64,000 nt of DNA from Methanobacteriota archaeon (GTDB lineage: Archaea > Thermoplasmatota > Poseidoniia > Poseidoniales > Thalassarchaeaceae). The notes under the pieces were generated by a model that had not been told where the DNA came from, ran no database searches, and saw only the letters and a program-made list of their open reading frames with translations. How positions within the stretch are numbered: the stretch's first letter is position 1; each line of letters starts with the position of its first letter. The stretch lies in contig JAERST010000024.1 in assembly GCA_016845365.1 (NCBI GenBank), positions 160,461 to 224,460 on the forward strand, in the 5' to 3' direction. This document shows positions 9,826 to 19,459 of this stretch, one piece after another. Position numbers and translations under genes: made by a program.

Positions 9826-9850
9826 TGGTGGGTCCGCCAGGATTTGACCT
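9826..9850 (-). repeat. 24-25 nt direct repeat of the 3' end (T-arm/acceptor/CCA) of the adjacent tRNA-Pro
   Basis: ggtggtgggtccgccaggatttga occurs at both 9826-9850 and 10005-10029. The copy at 9826 lacks a matching 5' acceptor strand and a pairing T-stem, so it is a fragment rather than a tRNA. Confidence 0.5.
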
Positions 9851-10006
9851 TCGAACTGTCTGAAATTGGGATTCATGTTCGAAGGCGCAGCGCGAATTAA
9901 TTCGCGCAAGCGACCAAGCGACTAGATTCAATCCGTTGTCATGTCGCGTAGTTCTTCAATCAAAATTCAGCGGCCCACCACCGCTTGCATAAGCTGGAAT
10001 CTAAGG

Positions 10007-10084
10007 TGGTGGGTCCGCCAGGATTTGAACCTGGGTCAAATGGTCCCAAACCATCTAGCATAGGCCAGACTAACCCACGGACCC
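10007..10084 (-). tRNA. tRNA-Pro (anticodon UGG), CCA encoded
   Basis: Manual fold of the reverse complement: acceptor GGGUCCG/CGGACCC, T-arm CCAGG-UUCAAAU-CCUGG, anticodon loop UUUGGGA (UGG), discriminator A, genomic CCA. Confidence 0.8.
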
Positions 10085-10122
10085 TGTGAGTGTGCCGGCC
10101 ACCGACGCCCCCCTTATGGATT

Positions 10123-10587
10123 TCACGCTAGCCACTTCCACTGCTCTTGCCCGGTACGCTGGACTGCACCCTGCACCTCAGCCATACCCATGACCTGCTC
10201 CGCGGTTGGTTCGGTAATGCCTTCGAGGGACAATTTTGACCTTAGGCTCTCGAGGGTCAAGATTCCCTCTGAATCTGTTGCATCTCTGAGGATTCGGTGA
10301 ATGGTATCGACGCCGGCGCGTTCGCGAGAGGCTTGCCGGCGTCGACTCTCTTGGTTCAATTTCTTCTCGACTTGGTCGCGGATTTCTGCAGGTAAATTTG
10401 CTCTTGCTACCGCGTCTGCGAGTTGAGATGAATCGTTGAAGACGGCGCTTGTCGTGATGTTGTCGGCAGCGCCGCAGCGACTGCAAGTTGCTCTATTGCC
10501 GCGGCGAGCGCCGAATGCGTGGCCGCACTTGCACTTGAGCAGCAGCCATTCGGCTTCCATCGGCGGGTGTTTGCGCTCGCGGTTCAA
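10123..10587 (-). CDS. Hypothetical zinc-ribbon protein
   Basis: N-terminal C-x-C...C-x2-C ribbon (LKCKCGHAF...CSRCG) followed by a charged alpha-helical region. No recognisable family. Confidence 0.4.
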   Translation of the reverse strand: MNRERKHPPMEAEWLLLKCKCGHAFGARRGNRATCSRCGAADNITTSAVFNDSSQLADAVARANLPAEIRDQVEKKLNQESRRRQASRERAGVDTIHRILRDATDSEGILTLESLRSKLSLEGITEPTAEQVMGMAEVQGAVQRTGQEQWKWLA

Positions 10588-10680
10588 GAGGTTGTCTCAT
10601 CGGCGAAGTGTATCTGCGGTCTCGGACTCAGCGAATCTTTGCATGACCAGCCTAATGCGTGGGGTGGACGTCGGGAGAGT

Positions 10681-10962
10681 ATGGCTCAGCCTCGGGTGAT
10701 ACTCGGTTGGTTGGCCTTTGTGGGTTTGATTGCGATGTCGGTCAAGTGCCTGATTCGTGATGGGGCGCTGACACTTGAGGCGTGGACTTACCTGCTGATG
10801 ACTCCACTTGCTTTGGCTCTGGCACTTACACCAGATTCTGTTTGGTCGCGTGAAAGTGACGACCCGGTCGAGCTCTTCGAAGAGGATGAGGAGAGTGAAG
10901 TAGTTGGTACGAAGGAGGCGCCGGATCCTATCGAGGATGGATTCGATGTGCCGGTCCTCTGA
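10681..10962 (+). CDS. Small hypothetical membrane protein with acidic C-terminus
   Basis: Two predicted TM helices after MAQPRVILGWLAF. The start was chosen to avoid overlap with the converging gene. Confidence 0.3.
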   Translation: MAQPRVILGWLAFVGLIAMSVKCLIRDGALTLEAWTYLLMTPLALALALTPDSVWSRESDDPVELFEEDEESEVVGTKEAPDPIEDGFDVPVL

Positions 10963-11013
10963 TTTTTGGCTTCGATCGCCAACTTGCTGAGTCAGCGCTT
11001 GCTGAGTCTGCGC

Positions 11014-12930
11014 TCACTTGAGTCGAAGGGTCTCAAGATTGGCTGGAGCATAGGTTTGGACGCGGAATTCGTCGCGCAGTCCTTGCCTAAACGCATTGCA
11101 GGTTTTTGGATCTCCGTGATGGCAGATGATTTTGCGCGGCGTCGGGTTCAGCGCCTTGACGTAGTCCATCAATTGGCGGCGGTCTGAGTGGCCGCTGAAC
11201 CCGTCGATGGTTACCACATTGCAAGAGACTGGGACCATGTGCGTCTTTCCTTTGTCCATCAAAGGAACCTCGGCGTGACCTTGTTGTAGACGACGACCGA
11301 GGGTTCCCGAGGCTTGGTAACCGACGAAGCACAGAGTGTTGTTAATCTCAGGCGCCCAGTGCTTGAAGTACTCAATAATCGGGCCGCCTGTCATCATTCC
11401 CGAAGTCGCGAGCACGATGCAAGGTGAGGGGTCATAGAGGATTGATTCGCGTTGCTCGCGACTGTCGACTTGGCGGAACCAATTGGAATTGAACGGATTT
11501 TCATCGCCTCCTTTCAGCACCTTTGAGCGCAAGTCACGATTAAGGAAATCAGGATGACTTGCGTGAATCGCTGTTGCTTCGGAAATCATTCCGTCGAGCC
11601 AAACAGTAACCGGTTTGATCTCGCCGGATTTGAATAATTGGTCGATTGCAATCATGACTTCTTGGGAACGGCCCACTGCGAAAACCGGACAGAAGATTTT
11701 GCCACCTTTGGCGAGTGCTAATTTGATTAGATCCTGCAATTCTTGTGTTGCATCCTGTCGGTTTGGTTGGAAATCTTGTGGGCCTCCGTAGGTCGATTCG
11801 ATAACCAATGTCTCGACCTTCGGGAATCGAACGGTCGCCGCATCGAATAGCCACGACCGTTCGTACTTGATATCCCCCGAGAACAGCAGACGGTGTTCGG
11901 AATTGCCCTCGCCAATCTGCATGTAGACACTCGATGAACCGAGGATGTGTCCTGCGTTCTCGAGGGTGATCTTGACGTCCGGAGCGATATCGGTTTTGTC
12001 GCCCCAGCGGAGGTCGACGACGTGTTTGATGCACTCTTGGATATCGGCCTTAGAGTATGGAGGGTCGGCCCCCTCAGCCTGTGAGACCTTGATGTAATCC
12101 ATCTGAAGAAGCGTCATCAAATCTCGCGTCGGAGGCGTGCAGTACACCGGTCCGCGGTAGCCGTAGCGGAATAGAACAGGCAGCATGGCGATGTGGTCGA
12201 CGTGTGCGTGAGTAAGGACGATGGCGTCGAGATTGTCGAGCGGAAGAAGCTCTGGGGCGTTGAAGAAAGGTTGGACTTCGCTGCGGTTCATCGTCGGCTT
12301 AGCACCGCAATCGACGAGGACTCTCGACTCATTGGTCGTCACGAGATGCATGGCTCGCCCAACCTCGCGGTAAGATCCGAGTGCAGTGATGCGCACCCAA
12401 GGCTCTCCTGCGCGCTTAGGTCGGTAGATTCGAGTGCCGAATTTTCGCAATAGGGATTTTCTTTCGTCAGCGAGTTCCTTTCGATAACGGCGAATATCAT
12501 GCTGGGTGCGGCTCTCGAAAGCGGGGGCGCGCTCGACCGAGATGAGCCAACCGATTTCGTCTCTGAGATTCTTGATGTTGATTCCCTTTGGACCGACCGC
12601 AGCAGCTGGATCGTCACACTCGAGCGTGACTTCTGAGAGAGCTGGGTCGAGCCAGATATTGCGAACTTCTGCCTCTGGCGGGATTATCTCTGTGACCTTT
12701 TGGCGAACAGTTGCCTCATCTGAGAGAATATCTGGGTGCGGTCTGACGATGACTCGGCGCTTGACTGTCTTGGCGATTTTCACCGTCAATGATTGGCCAG
12801 CGCCGCCGAATGCCTCGGGTTCTTTGGTGATGATGGCGATGGAACCCGCTTCTAGGTCGACCTCGTATTCGATGTCGCTGGGCACGAGTTTCGATACTCT
12901 CTGCTTCACTTCTGCTAATGTCAATCTCAT
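11014..12930 (-). CDS. aCPSF1/FttA: KH-domain beta-CASP metallo-beta-lactamase ribonuclease (archaeal transcription termination factor)
   Basis: 638 aa with two N-terminal KH domains, an MBL motif (THAHVDHIAMLP) and beta-CASP/RMMBL C-terminal domains. Architecture and length are diagnostic. Confidence 0.9.
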   Translation of the reverse strand: MRLTLAEVKQRVSKLVPSDIEYEVDLEAGSIAIITKEPEAFGGAGQSLTVKIAKTVKRRVIVRPHPDILSDEATVRQKVTEIIPPEAEVRNIWLDPALSEVTLECDDPAAAVGPKGINIKNLRDEIGWLISVERAPAFESRTQHDIRRYRKELADERKSLLRKFGTRIYRPKRAGEPWVRITALGSYREVGRAMHLVTTNESRVLVDCGAKPTMNRSEVQPFFNAPELLPLDNLDAIVLTHAHVDHIAMLPVLFRYGYRGPVYCTPPTRDLMTLLQMDYIKVSQAEGADPPYSKADIQECIKHVVDLRWGDKTDIAPDVKITLENAGHILGSSSVYMQIGEGNSEHRLLFSGDIKYERSWLFDAATVRFPKVETLVIESTYGGPQDFQPNRQDATQELQDLIKLALAKGGKIFCPVFAVGRSQEVMIAIDQLFKSGEIKPVTVWLDGMISEATAIHASHPDFLNRDLRSKVLKGGDENPFNSNWFRQVDSREQRESILYDPSPCIVLATSGMMTGGPIIEYFKHWAPEINNTLCFVGYQASGTLGRRLQQGHAEVPLMDKGKTHMVPVSCNVVTIDGFSGHSDRRQLMDYVKALNPTPRKIICHHGDPKTCNAFRQGLRDEFRVQTYAPANLETLRLK

Positions 12931-13014
12931 TCAGAACACCTCGTGTGAGGAACTCCACCCTCGACCTTGATTCCCCAAGAATGGGGAGGTTCGGCACGAT
13001 GCCGTGGAGTGTAA

Positions 13015-13656
13015 TCACATGTTCGAGAGCAGGTCGGCGACCGCGCTCTCTGACAATTGCTGGAAGCCCTTCTCTTTGGTTATAACGGCTAAATCCATTC
13101 CATTTCCGCTGGCTGCATCACGCTGCGCGGAGGCCAAGAGGGCCTTTGCGGCAACCTTGAGAGCTTGCTTTTCGTTCATGCCCTCTTGGTATTGGTCTTC
13201 GAGAACACCGTACATGAATGGGCTTCCAGAACCGGTGGCGCAGTAAACGTCTGGAATCGAGCCACCGGCGGAATCGATGGAGTAGACACTTGGGCCATCC
13301 TCATCGGTTCCGACAATCAAGAGTTGAACATAATGTGGGCGACCGACGAGAATATTCGCCGTCAAGGTCGCAGCGCCGCGGACAGTCATTGGCTGCTTGC
13401 GTTTCAATTCGTAAAGTCGCAATTCCGCGGCGAGGGTGCGAGAGAGTGATTGAGCGTGGCCTACGAGGCCAGCGGTTGTCAGAGCGACATTGTCCGAAAT
13501 TCGGAATAATTTCTGGACGCTCTTGTTGGCGATGAAGTGTCCCATCGTCGCTCTGTGGTCAGCACCGACGACAACTCCACCATCGAAGGTGATGCCTACG
13601 GTGCTTGTTCCGGTCTTGACGGCGTCGCTGACTGCATCCATCTGAATCACCTGCAC
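13015..13656 (-). CDS. psmB: Proteasome subunit beta
   Basis: Propeptide followed by GTSTVGITFDGGVVVGADHRATMG, the Ntn-hydrolase proteasome beta signature. Confidence 0.9.
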   Translation of the reverse strand: MQVIQMDAVSDAVKTGTSTVGITFDGGVVVGADHRATMGHFIANKSVQKLFRISDNVALTTAGLVGHAQSLSRTLAAELRLYELKRKQPMTVRGAATLTANILVGRPHYVQLLIVGTDEDGPSVYSIDSAGGSIPDVYCATGSGSPFMYGVLEDQYQEGMNEKQALKVAAKALLASAQRDAASGNGMDLAVITKEKGFQQLSESAVADLLSNM

Positions 13657-13821
13657 GGAGAGTTCCCTGCGGAGACGACTCTAATCCGGCCCCTTATCAA
13701 TCCGACGGGGTGCTACCGAGCGATTGTCGCAGATGTGGAGTGGAGTCAAGGGTCACGAATGCTTCAATCAGTTGTGATTCTTACCGTATTGCTCAAAGAG
13801 CCCGCGACTCCGGATGCGTTC

Positions 13822-14229
13822 ATGGCGAAGGAGTCGCGACCCGAGCCGCGTTGGATTGAGATGCCGAGCCTGCCTGCGCAGGCATCTCGACCAGCAATCG
13901 ACCCAGGCCAAGATTACCACGATCTAGGTGAGCTGTACGCAGATGCTCCGGTGGCTCGAGGCACGGGTGATGTGATTGTTCACCGTGCGGTTTTGGACGA
14001 TATTACGGGCATTCCGAAAATTCTCGATTGGTTATCCGACGGCGATATCGTAATTCTCGAGATGAGCCGTCTGTTAGCAGCCGAAACTGAGTTGAGGGTG
14101 GCAGTTGACAATATCCAATCATTTGTCGAGAAAGATTTGGTCGGTGAAGTAATCCGCCTCGGCCAATCTCGATTGTTACTACTTCCGCGAACGTTCGAAA
14201 TCTCGGAAGGAGATGTATTCGCTTACTGA
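13822..14229 (+). CDS. sepF: SepF-like cell-division protein (FtsZ anchor)
   Basis: The C-terminal ~80 aa (DVIVHRAVLDDITGIPKILDWLSDGDIVILEMSRLL...LLLPRTFEI) match the SepF/DUF552 pattern. The upstream part of the listed ORF overlaps psmB, so the start is set at MAKESR (alternative 13759). Confidence 0.55.
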   Translation: MAKESRPEPRWIEMPSLPAQASRPAIDPGQDYHDLGELYADAPVARGTGDVIVHRAVLDDITGIPKILDWLSDGDIVILEMSRLLAAETELRVAVDNIQSFVEKDLVGEVIRLGQSRLLLLPRTFEISEGDVFAY

Positions 14230-14238
14230 GGTGAACAC

Positions 14239-14844
14239 TTGGAAAGCACTGTTGAACAGCCATGTCCGATTTGTCGGTCTGAAGCAGGGCTGACGCTAAT
14301 CGTCCACACCTCAGAAATCGCCTATTTCGGAGAACACACTGAGATGACTTTGGTTTGCGAGTCCTGCGGCTGGCGCCACACCGATTTCATTCCAGCCGAA
14401 GGGCGAAAACCGAGTGTTTGGTCGCTAATCATCGATTCGAGCGAACACCTCTCAACACGTGTAGTTCGCTCGTCTTCGTGCACCGTTCGAATCGTCGAAT
14501 TGGGATTAGAAGTCGAACCTGGAGACAATGCGACAGGTTACATCTCCAACGTAGAAGGAGTCCTCAATCGCTTCGAAGATGCGATTGGAATTATCTTGCG
14601 CTCCGCATTGAGCGAAGGCGAAGAAGGAGCGCCACAAGCAGAAGCCTGTCAAGACCTCATTTCGCAAATTGCCCGAGTTCGTTCCGGCGAAGAATCGGTC
14701 GAACTCGTCCTACTCGACCCGATGGGGCACTCCCAGATTCTTCACGAGGACGCGACCTCTGAAGAATTGAGCCCAGAAGAGGTCGAAGCTCTCGCGACCG
14801 GGCCGCAAATACCCGTTTTTGACTCGCAAGACCTGAGCGAATAA
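14239..14844 (+). CDS. ZPR1-type zinc-finger protein (archaeal single-module ZPR1, COG1779-like)
   Basis: CPICRSE...CESCGWRH four-Cys zinc finger followed by a beta-rich module and an acidic C-terminal tail. Confidence 0.6.
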   Translation: MESTVEQPCPICRSEAGLTLIVHTSEIAYFGEHTEMTLVCESCGWRHTDFIPAEGRKPSVWSLIIDSSEHLSTRVVRSSSCTVRIVELGLEVEPGDNATGYISNVEGVLNRFEDAIGIILRSALSEGEEGAPQAEACQDLISQIARVRSGEESVELVLLDPMGHSQILHEDATSEELSPEEVEALATGPQIPVFDSQDLSE

Positions 14845-16227
14845 TCACAGCGCATCGGGAGCGAGGAACTCATCCAAGCGCCCTTCCCACATATCGCGCT
14901 TTTCGGCCAAATCGGTTAGCCACTCGCCTGCGCGGTCAATGCAAATCTGCTTTATTTCACCAGCCAGCAGGCGTCCTGATTCGTATTCGCGCGCGATGCG
15001 AGCCAATTCATTATCATCCGATTCAAAGAAGAATTGTAGGTATTGGAAAGCGACGTCCTTGGAACAATCTCCACCGAGGCGGCGGTGCTCCTCTACGGTT
15101 GGTTGACCGCCGCTGAAAGCACGCTTGACCTTCTTCGACATCACTTCGATTGAATCATCCATGAAAATCGTCGTTTCGGGCTTGGAGGATGACATTTTGT
15201 CGCCGGTCATTCCGACTGCGAAGCGGTGGTAGGTTGAGCACGGCGGCATCAGACCCATTCCACCCATTTCGCGCTCAAGGCCTAGAACGCACATCCTAAC
15301 CTGCGCAAGGTCACCCTGATTCGCCCCCGGGATGTCCAAGGTTCCGTGCTTGGGGTTTGCTACGAAGTCAGCGTATCCGAGTGGGGCGAGGCTGGCTTTG
15401 AGTCGCTGGAAGATAGCCTCGCGGGTGGCCCTGTCAACTCGACCGTTAGCGGCCACCCCGAAGGCCTCAGCGTTGTGCTCTTGGACGGATAGGGCAACGG
15501 TGAGGCCACCGTTTTTCCGTGGTTTCACGTTGAACCAGTGAGTTTTGCCAGCGATTCCCCGAGTTAGGCGAAGGTGAGGGTCTTGGTCAACTCCGACGGG
15601 GACGATGATCGGACGGAGTCCGCCATATTCGTCGAGTTGCGGGTGAATGATATCGCCCGCTTGAACCAGCGGGGCTTGAACGTGGGCGAGGTTTGTATCT
15701 CCTTTGAAGCCGTAAATCGCCTCAAATTCTGAGAGATTTGTGCGCCGTCCAAGGGTGAAAGCGAGGCGTTGGACGGCGGGGCGTCCGCTTTGGAAGTAGA
15801 CGTTTGTGGATTCTGGGTTTAGGCCCAAAGCGGCGTAATTGTGGACGTATTCTTTGATTGCATTCTCGCGGCCCTCGGCAAGGCTCGTGCCGCGAGTTGC
15901 TAATGCCTCGAGGTCAGCGACCGTGACGGTGATGTCACCGCCCTGCTCTTGGAACCAGCGAACTTGGTCGATGACCATCGAGTGGCCGAGGTGCATTCGC
16001 CCGCTCGGCATCAGGCCAGTTAGCACACCAAATGGGTCAGAGCGGGCCATGCATCCGAGGACGACATCGAGGTCACGATGGGCGAAGACGATGCCTCTTC
16101 GGTGCAGCATTCCGGGGTTAGGGAGCTTGGAGACATCGACGCCTTCGAGGCCGAATTGGTCGCGGATGCGAGCATAGTCGGTCGACTGCTCCGAAGACCA
16201 AGGGTCGATGCGTGCGGCGTCGTCCAC
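14845..16227 (-). CDS. trpS: Tryptophanyl-tRNA synthetase (archaeal/eukaryotic type)
   Basis: Class I motifs PSGRMHLGH (HIGH), KMSSSKP (KMSKS), and VGVDQDPHLRL resembling the AIDQDPYFR motif of eukaryotic/archaeal TrpRS. Confidence 0.85.
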   Translation of the reverse strand: MDDAARIDPWSSEQSTDYARIRDQFGLEGVDVSKLPNPGMLHRRGIVFAHRDLDVVLGCMARSDPFGVLTGLMPSGRMHLGHSMVIDQVRWFQEQGGDITVTVADLEALATRGTSLAEGRENAIKEYVHNYAALGLNPESTNVYFQSGRPAVQRLAFTLGRRTNLSEFEAIYGFKGDTNLAHVQAPLVQAGDIIHPQLDEYGGLRPIIVPVGVDQDPHLRLTRGIAGKTHWFNVKPRKNGGLTVALSVQEHNAEAFGVAANGRVDRATREAIFQRLKASLAPLGYADFVANPKHGTLDIPGANQGDLAQVRMCVLGLEREMGGMGLMPPCSTYHRFAVGMTGDKMSSSKPETTIFMDDSIEVMSKKVKRAFSGGQPTVEEHRRLGGDCSKDVAFQYLQFFFESDDNELARIAREYESGRLLAGEIKQICIDRAGEWLTDLAEKRDMWEGRLDEFLAPDAL

Positions 16228-16357
16228 GCTTCGACGCGAGTCCTCTCCTCAATCAACTAATCGCCGCGGATAGGCGACAATTTCAGAAAACTGCAGTCGG
16301 ATTGTTAGATGCGGAAGCCTGCAACCAATCAAGAACTCCAGAGCACCTGCCTCGGTC

Positions 16358-17413
16358 ATGGCAACAATCCATTGTCTGGGAACTGGATTGGTTGGGGCCT
16401 TTGTGGTTAAGCGGCTGGCTGCGGCAGGTCACGAGGTTCACGCCTACGATATTCACCCTCATGCAGTGCTAGGCGTCGAGGGTGTGACGGTTCACGCCAG
16501 AGATATCCTCGATGATTTGCAGTCATTGCACACAAATGGCCCAATCGACATGGTCGTCAATATGCTACCCGGGTCAATCGGCCATGTCGCGACGACCGAA
16601 TTAGCTGAGTCGAGTTATCGAGTCGTCGACCTAAGTTTTAGCGCCAAGACACCTGATAGAGACGATGGTAAAGCCAAGGATCACGGTGCACGAATCCTTT
16701 GGGATGTTGGCATCGCTCCCGGTCTCTCAAACATGCTCTTATCCGTCGCGCATAACAGAATTGGCCCACTCGCCAAGGCAGAAGTCTGGGTCGGAGGAAA
16801 TCCTACAGGTCCAGTTGGCGAGTGGAAATACATGGCTCCATTCTCCCCAATTGACGTGATAGCAGAGTACACACGCCCAGCCAGAGTTATTCGAGATGGT
16901 GAGCAAGTAAGCCTGCCCGCATTGTCACAAAGGCACGCGGTCGATACCGGAGAACACGGCGAGATGGAGGCATTCCTAACCGATGGACTACGCTCCGTTC
17001 TCAACTCCATTCCCGCCGTTGAAATGTCTGAATTCACAGTTCGTTGGCCAGGCCATATCCAGAAATTCATCGATACGCGCGAGGCTGGTAAGATCAACGA
17101 AAATGAATTGCTTCACGCATGGCAATACAATGACAAGATTCCCGAATTCACTTGGATGAAAGTGCGCGCCGAGAGTCACGATGGCGAGGTTCTGGAGTGG
17201 GAGGTAGAGGACCACGGTGGCGATGATGGTCACTCGATGGCACGTAGCACTGGAATGGTTACGGCACTCTGTGTCGAGGCTTGGTTGGCCGACCCCGAGA
17301 TGCTTCCACCTGGAGTTCACGCGCCTGAGGCGCTGAGCGAGAATGTGGTAGCGGGGATTGTTGAGACTATGCGCTCAGAGCGAGTCCGAATCGACGGCCC
17401 CGCCATCCTCTGA
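16358..17413 (+). CDS. Saccharopine dehydrogenase-family NAD(P)-dependent oxidoreductase
   Basis: N-terminal Rossmann HCLGTGLVGAFVVKRLAAAGHEV plus a C-terminal region typical of the saccharopine/carboxynorspermidine dehydrogenase family. Substrate unknown. Confidence 0.5.
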   Translation: MATIHCLGTGLVGAFVVKRLAAAGHEVHAYDIHPHAVLGVEGVTVHARDILDDLQSLHTNGPIDMVVNMLPGSIGHVATTELAESSYRVVDLSFSAKTPDRDDGKAKDHGARILWDVGIAPGLSNMLLSVAHNRIGPLAKAEVWVGGNPTGPVGEWKYMAPFSPIDVIAEYTRPARVIRDGEQVSLPALSQRHAVDTGEHGEMEAFLTDGLRSVLNSIPAVEMSEFTVRWPGHIQKFIDTREAGKINENELLHAWQYNDKIPEFTWMKVRAESHDGEVLEWEVEDHGGDDGHSMARSTGMVTALCVEAWLADPEMLPPGVHAPEALSENVVAGIVETMRSERVRIDGPAIL

Positions 17414-18535
17414 AGATTTGACTTGAGCATCTTGGTCCCGTGCGACCAACCACTTGATCGATACCGGTGTGGCGATTAGAACAATCACCGCGATAACGGG
17501 CAGTCGCCAATCCATCTCGAGCGTCGCTGGACGCTCAACCAGCCAAGTGAAGCGAAGAGGAGATTCGTGAAAATCTGATGACCATTCATGCAGATTGGTC
17601 ACATGATGGCCGACCACAGCGACCGAATGATGTAATCCGTTGAAAGTCGATTGAGGCGTCAATTCGACGGAGACATCCGCTCGCTCGAAAACCAGGTCGA
17701 TGATTGCACTCGGCGCCGCAGTGATGTACGCGCCACCCTCAACAGGCCGTATTCCCACCTCGAGATGGCGCTGATCCGCGTCGATTAGAAGGGCCGATTC
17801 ACCATCGATGAACACATCCGAAGGCGCTTCTCCCCACTCAAAAAACGCAGTACCAGGGACTTGCCATCCACTTTGGCCGAGATTCGATATCTGCCAAGAT
17901 TGAACCGTCGGTTCGGAATTCAGAATGCGTAGGAATGATTCCGAAGAATCTCGATGCCCATGCCATTCACCCCATGTGGTGAACCAGACGTCTTGGGATT
18001 CGAGTAGAGCGATTGCAGACTTGTCTTCGCGGATTTTGACATCGTGCCAGCGCGCGACCCAATAGAGGCTCAGTATGCTGTCTTCCTCGGCATTCTCGAG
18101 CAAGTCCAAATCGGCCTGACCCTTCTCAAGACTCGTCGACCGTCGCACCACGTCGAATAGTGCGTCTTCTTCGCTCGGGCCCTCGTCGAGCATATCACCG
18201 ATTATCGAGAAGCCAGCAGCGTCGAGCGCATCGCTGGTATTCGCAGCCAAGGCACCCGCAGGCAAGCCGAATGAGACGGGTGCCTCACCCCAGCGCGAAG
18301 CCTCGGTGAAATCCATCAAGTAATCACGGCAGGCTTCGATAACCCACGGCTCCTCACCAACATCAACCCCTTCGTAGCCGTGGCAACCAAATTCATCGCC
18401 CAGCGCCAAGCGCTCCGGGCCGATGATATTCCACAACCAATTATCATCATCCCATTCTGCGAGCGCAGGGCTCGCGGTCGCCGGCACCAGGAGGAGGGCG
18501 ACCAGGGTGAGTGAGATGACCCTGCGGGTGTGCAC
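17375..18535 (-). CDS. Hypothetical exported protein with C-terminal membrane anchor
   Basis: Signal peptide (LTLVALLLVPATASPALA), acidic soluble region, C-terminal TM (LPVIAVIVLIATPVSI). Confidence 0.4.
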   Translation of the reverse strand: MHTRRVISLTLVALLLVPATASPALAEWDDDNWLWNIIGPERLALGDEFGCHGYEGVDVGEEPWVIEACRDYLMDFTEASRWGEAPVSFGLPAGALAANTSDALDAAGFSIIGDMLDEGPSEEDALFDVVRRSTSLEKGQADLDLLENAEEDSILSLYWVARWHDVKIREDKSAIALLESQDVWFTTWGEWHGHRDSSESFLRILNSEPTVQSWQISNLGQSGWQVPGTAFFEWGEAPSDVFIDGESALLIDADQRHLEVGIRPVEGGAYITAAPSAIIDLVFERADVSVELTPQSTFNGLHHSVAVVGHHVTNLHEWSSDFHESPLRFTWLVERPATLEMDWRLPVIAVIVLIATPVSIKWLVARDQDAQVKSSEDGGAVDSDSL

Positions 18536-18635
18536 AAATGAGGGGCGGAGTCAGCATTTGAAGAAATCATCGTAGTGGTACGAAGAAATTATCGAGTGGA
18601 GCAAAGCAATAACTCCGGCCGCTATCGCGAGGTCG

Positions 18636-19412
18636 ATGGCCGTTCTCTCCTCCGAATCGCTATCGAGTATTTCCGACATGGTTGGGCTTGAAGGGACGGG
18701 GGACAATTACACAACTCCAATCTTCTATTCGATGCTGATGAAAGTTGTACCGCCGGTAGTTCGCTCATTCACAAATGTGCGTTACGAGGGGCTTGAGCGA
18801 ATACCGGGGCAAGGGCCTGCGATTCTTGCTGGAAATCACACTTCTCACATAGACCCGGTTGTGAAAATCATGGGTGCTCGCAGACCTGTTCAGTATTTGG
18901 CGAAAGCAGAACATTTTGAGGATAAGAAATTCCAGAAATTGATGACTTCCACCGGTCAAATCGAGACTGTTCGAGAGACCGGTGGTGCAGATGCGCTGGC
19001 CAAGGCAGTCGATGTCTTGGCCGGCGGAGGAGTGATGGGGATTTTTCCCGAGGGGACTCGGTCACGCAGGACCGAGGCTCCGTTTTTGTCGCGCGGCAAG
19101 ACGGGTGTCGCTCGTTTGGCCGCGCGTTTTCCTGAGATTCCTGTTGTGCCGATGGCGATTATTGGCGCGAGAGGTTTCCTCGCGCCAGGTTCCGCCATCG
19201 TCAATCCATTCGCTCGCGTCGATGTTCGTGTCGATGAGCCGATTAGCTTCGGCGAATGGTTGGCAGACCCACAAGGTGCGGGATTGACCGACGAGGATAT
19301 TGAGAATTTTACCAAACTTGACCAGCATGGTCAGCGCTCGATCATGAAATCTCTCTATCGAGATTTTACCGATCAATTGATTGAGAATTTACGAGCGCTG
19401 GGCGCACCTTGA
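18636..19412 (+). CDS. plsC: 1-acyl-sn-glycerol-3-phosphate acyltransferase (PlsC/LPLAT family, bacterial type)
   Basis: Acyltransferase motif I NHTSHIDP (HX4D) and motif III FPEGTRS. Confidence 0.75.
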   Translation: MAVLSSESLSSISDMVGLEGTGDNYTTPIFYSMLMKVVPPVVRSFTNVRYEGLERIPGQGPAILAGNHTSHIDPVVKIMGARRPVQYLAKAEHFEDKKFQKLMTSTGQIETVRETGGADALAKAVDVLAGGGVMGIFPEGTRSRRTEAPFLSRGKTGVARLAARFPEIPVVPMAIIGARGFLAPGSAIVNPFARVDVRVDEPISFGEWLADPQGAGLTDEDIENFTKLDQHGQRSIMKSLYRDFTDQLIENLRALGAP

Positions 19413-19459
19413 CTGAGTAAACGAGAGCATTGTTCAAAGACTGCCTCATCTGAGCCTTA

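Noticed and set aside
9826-9990. Possibility that the 3'-end copy at 9826-9850, with upstream sequence, is a second tRNA containing a long intron
   Set aside because: No 5' acceptor strand (GGGUCCG) is present upstream. The would-be T-stem (GAAGG/CCUGG) does not pair. Best explained as a duplicated fragment.
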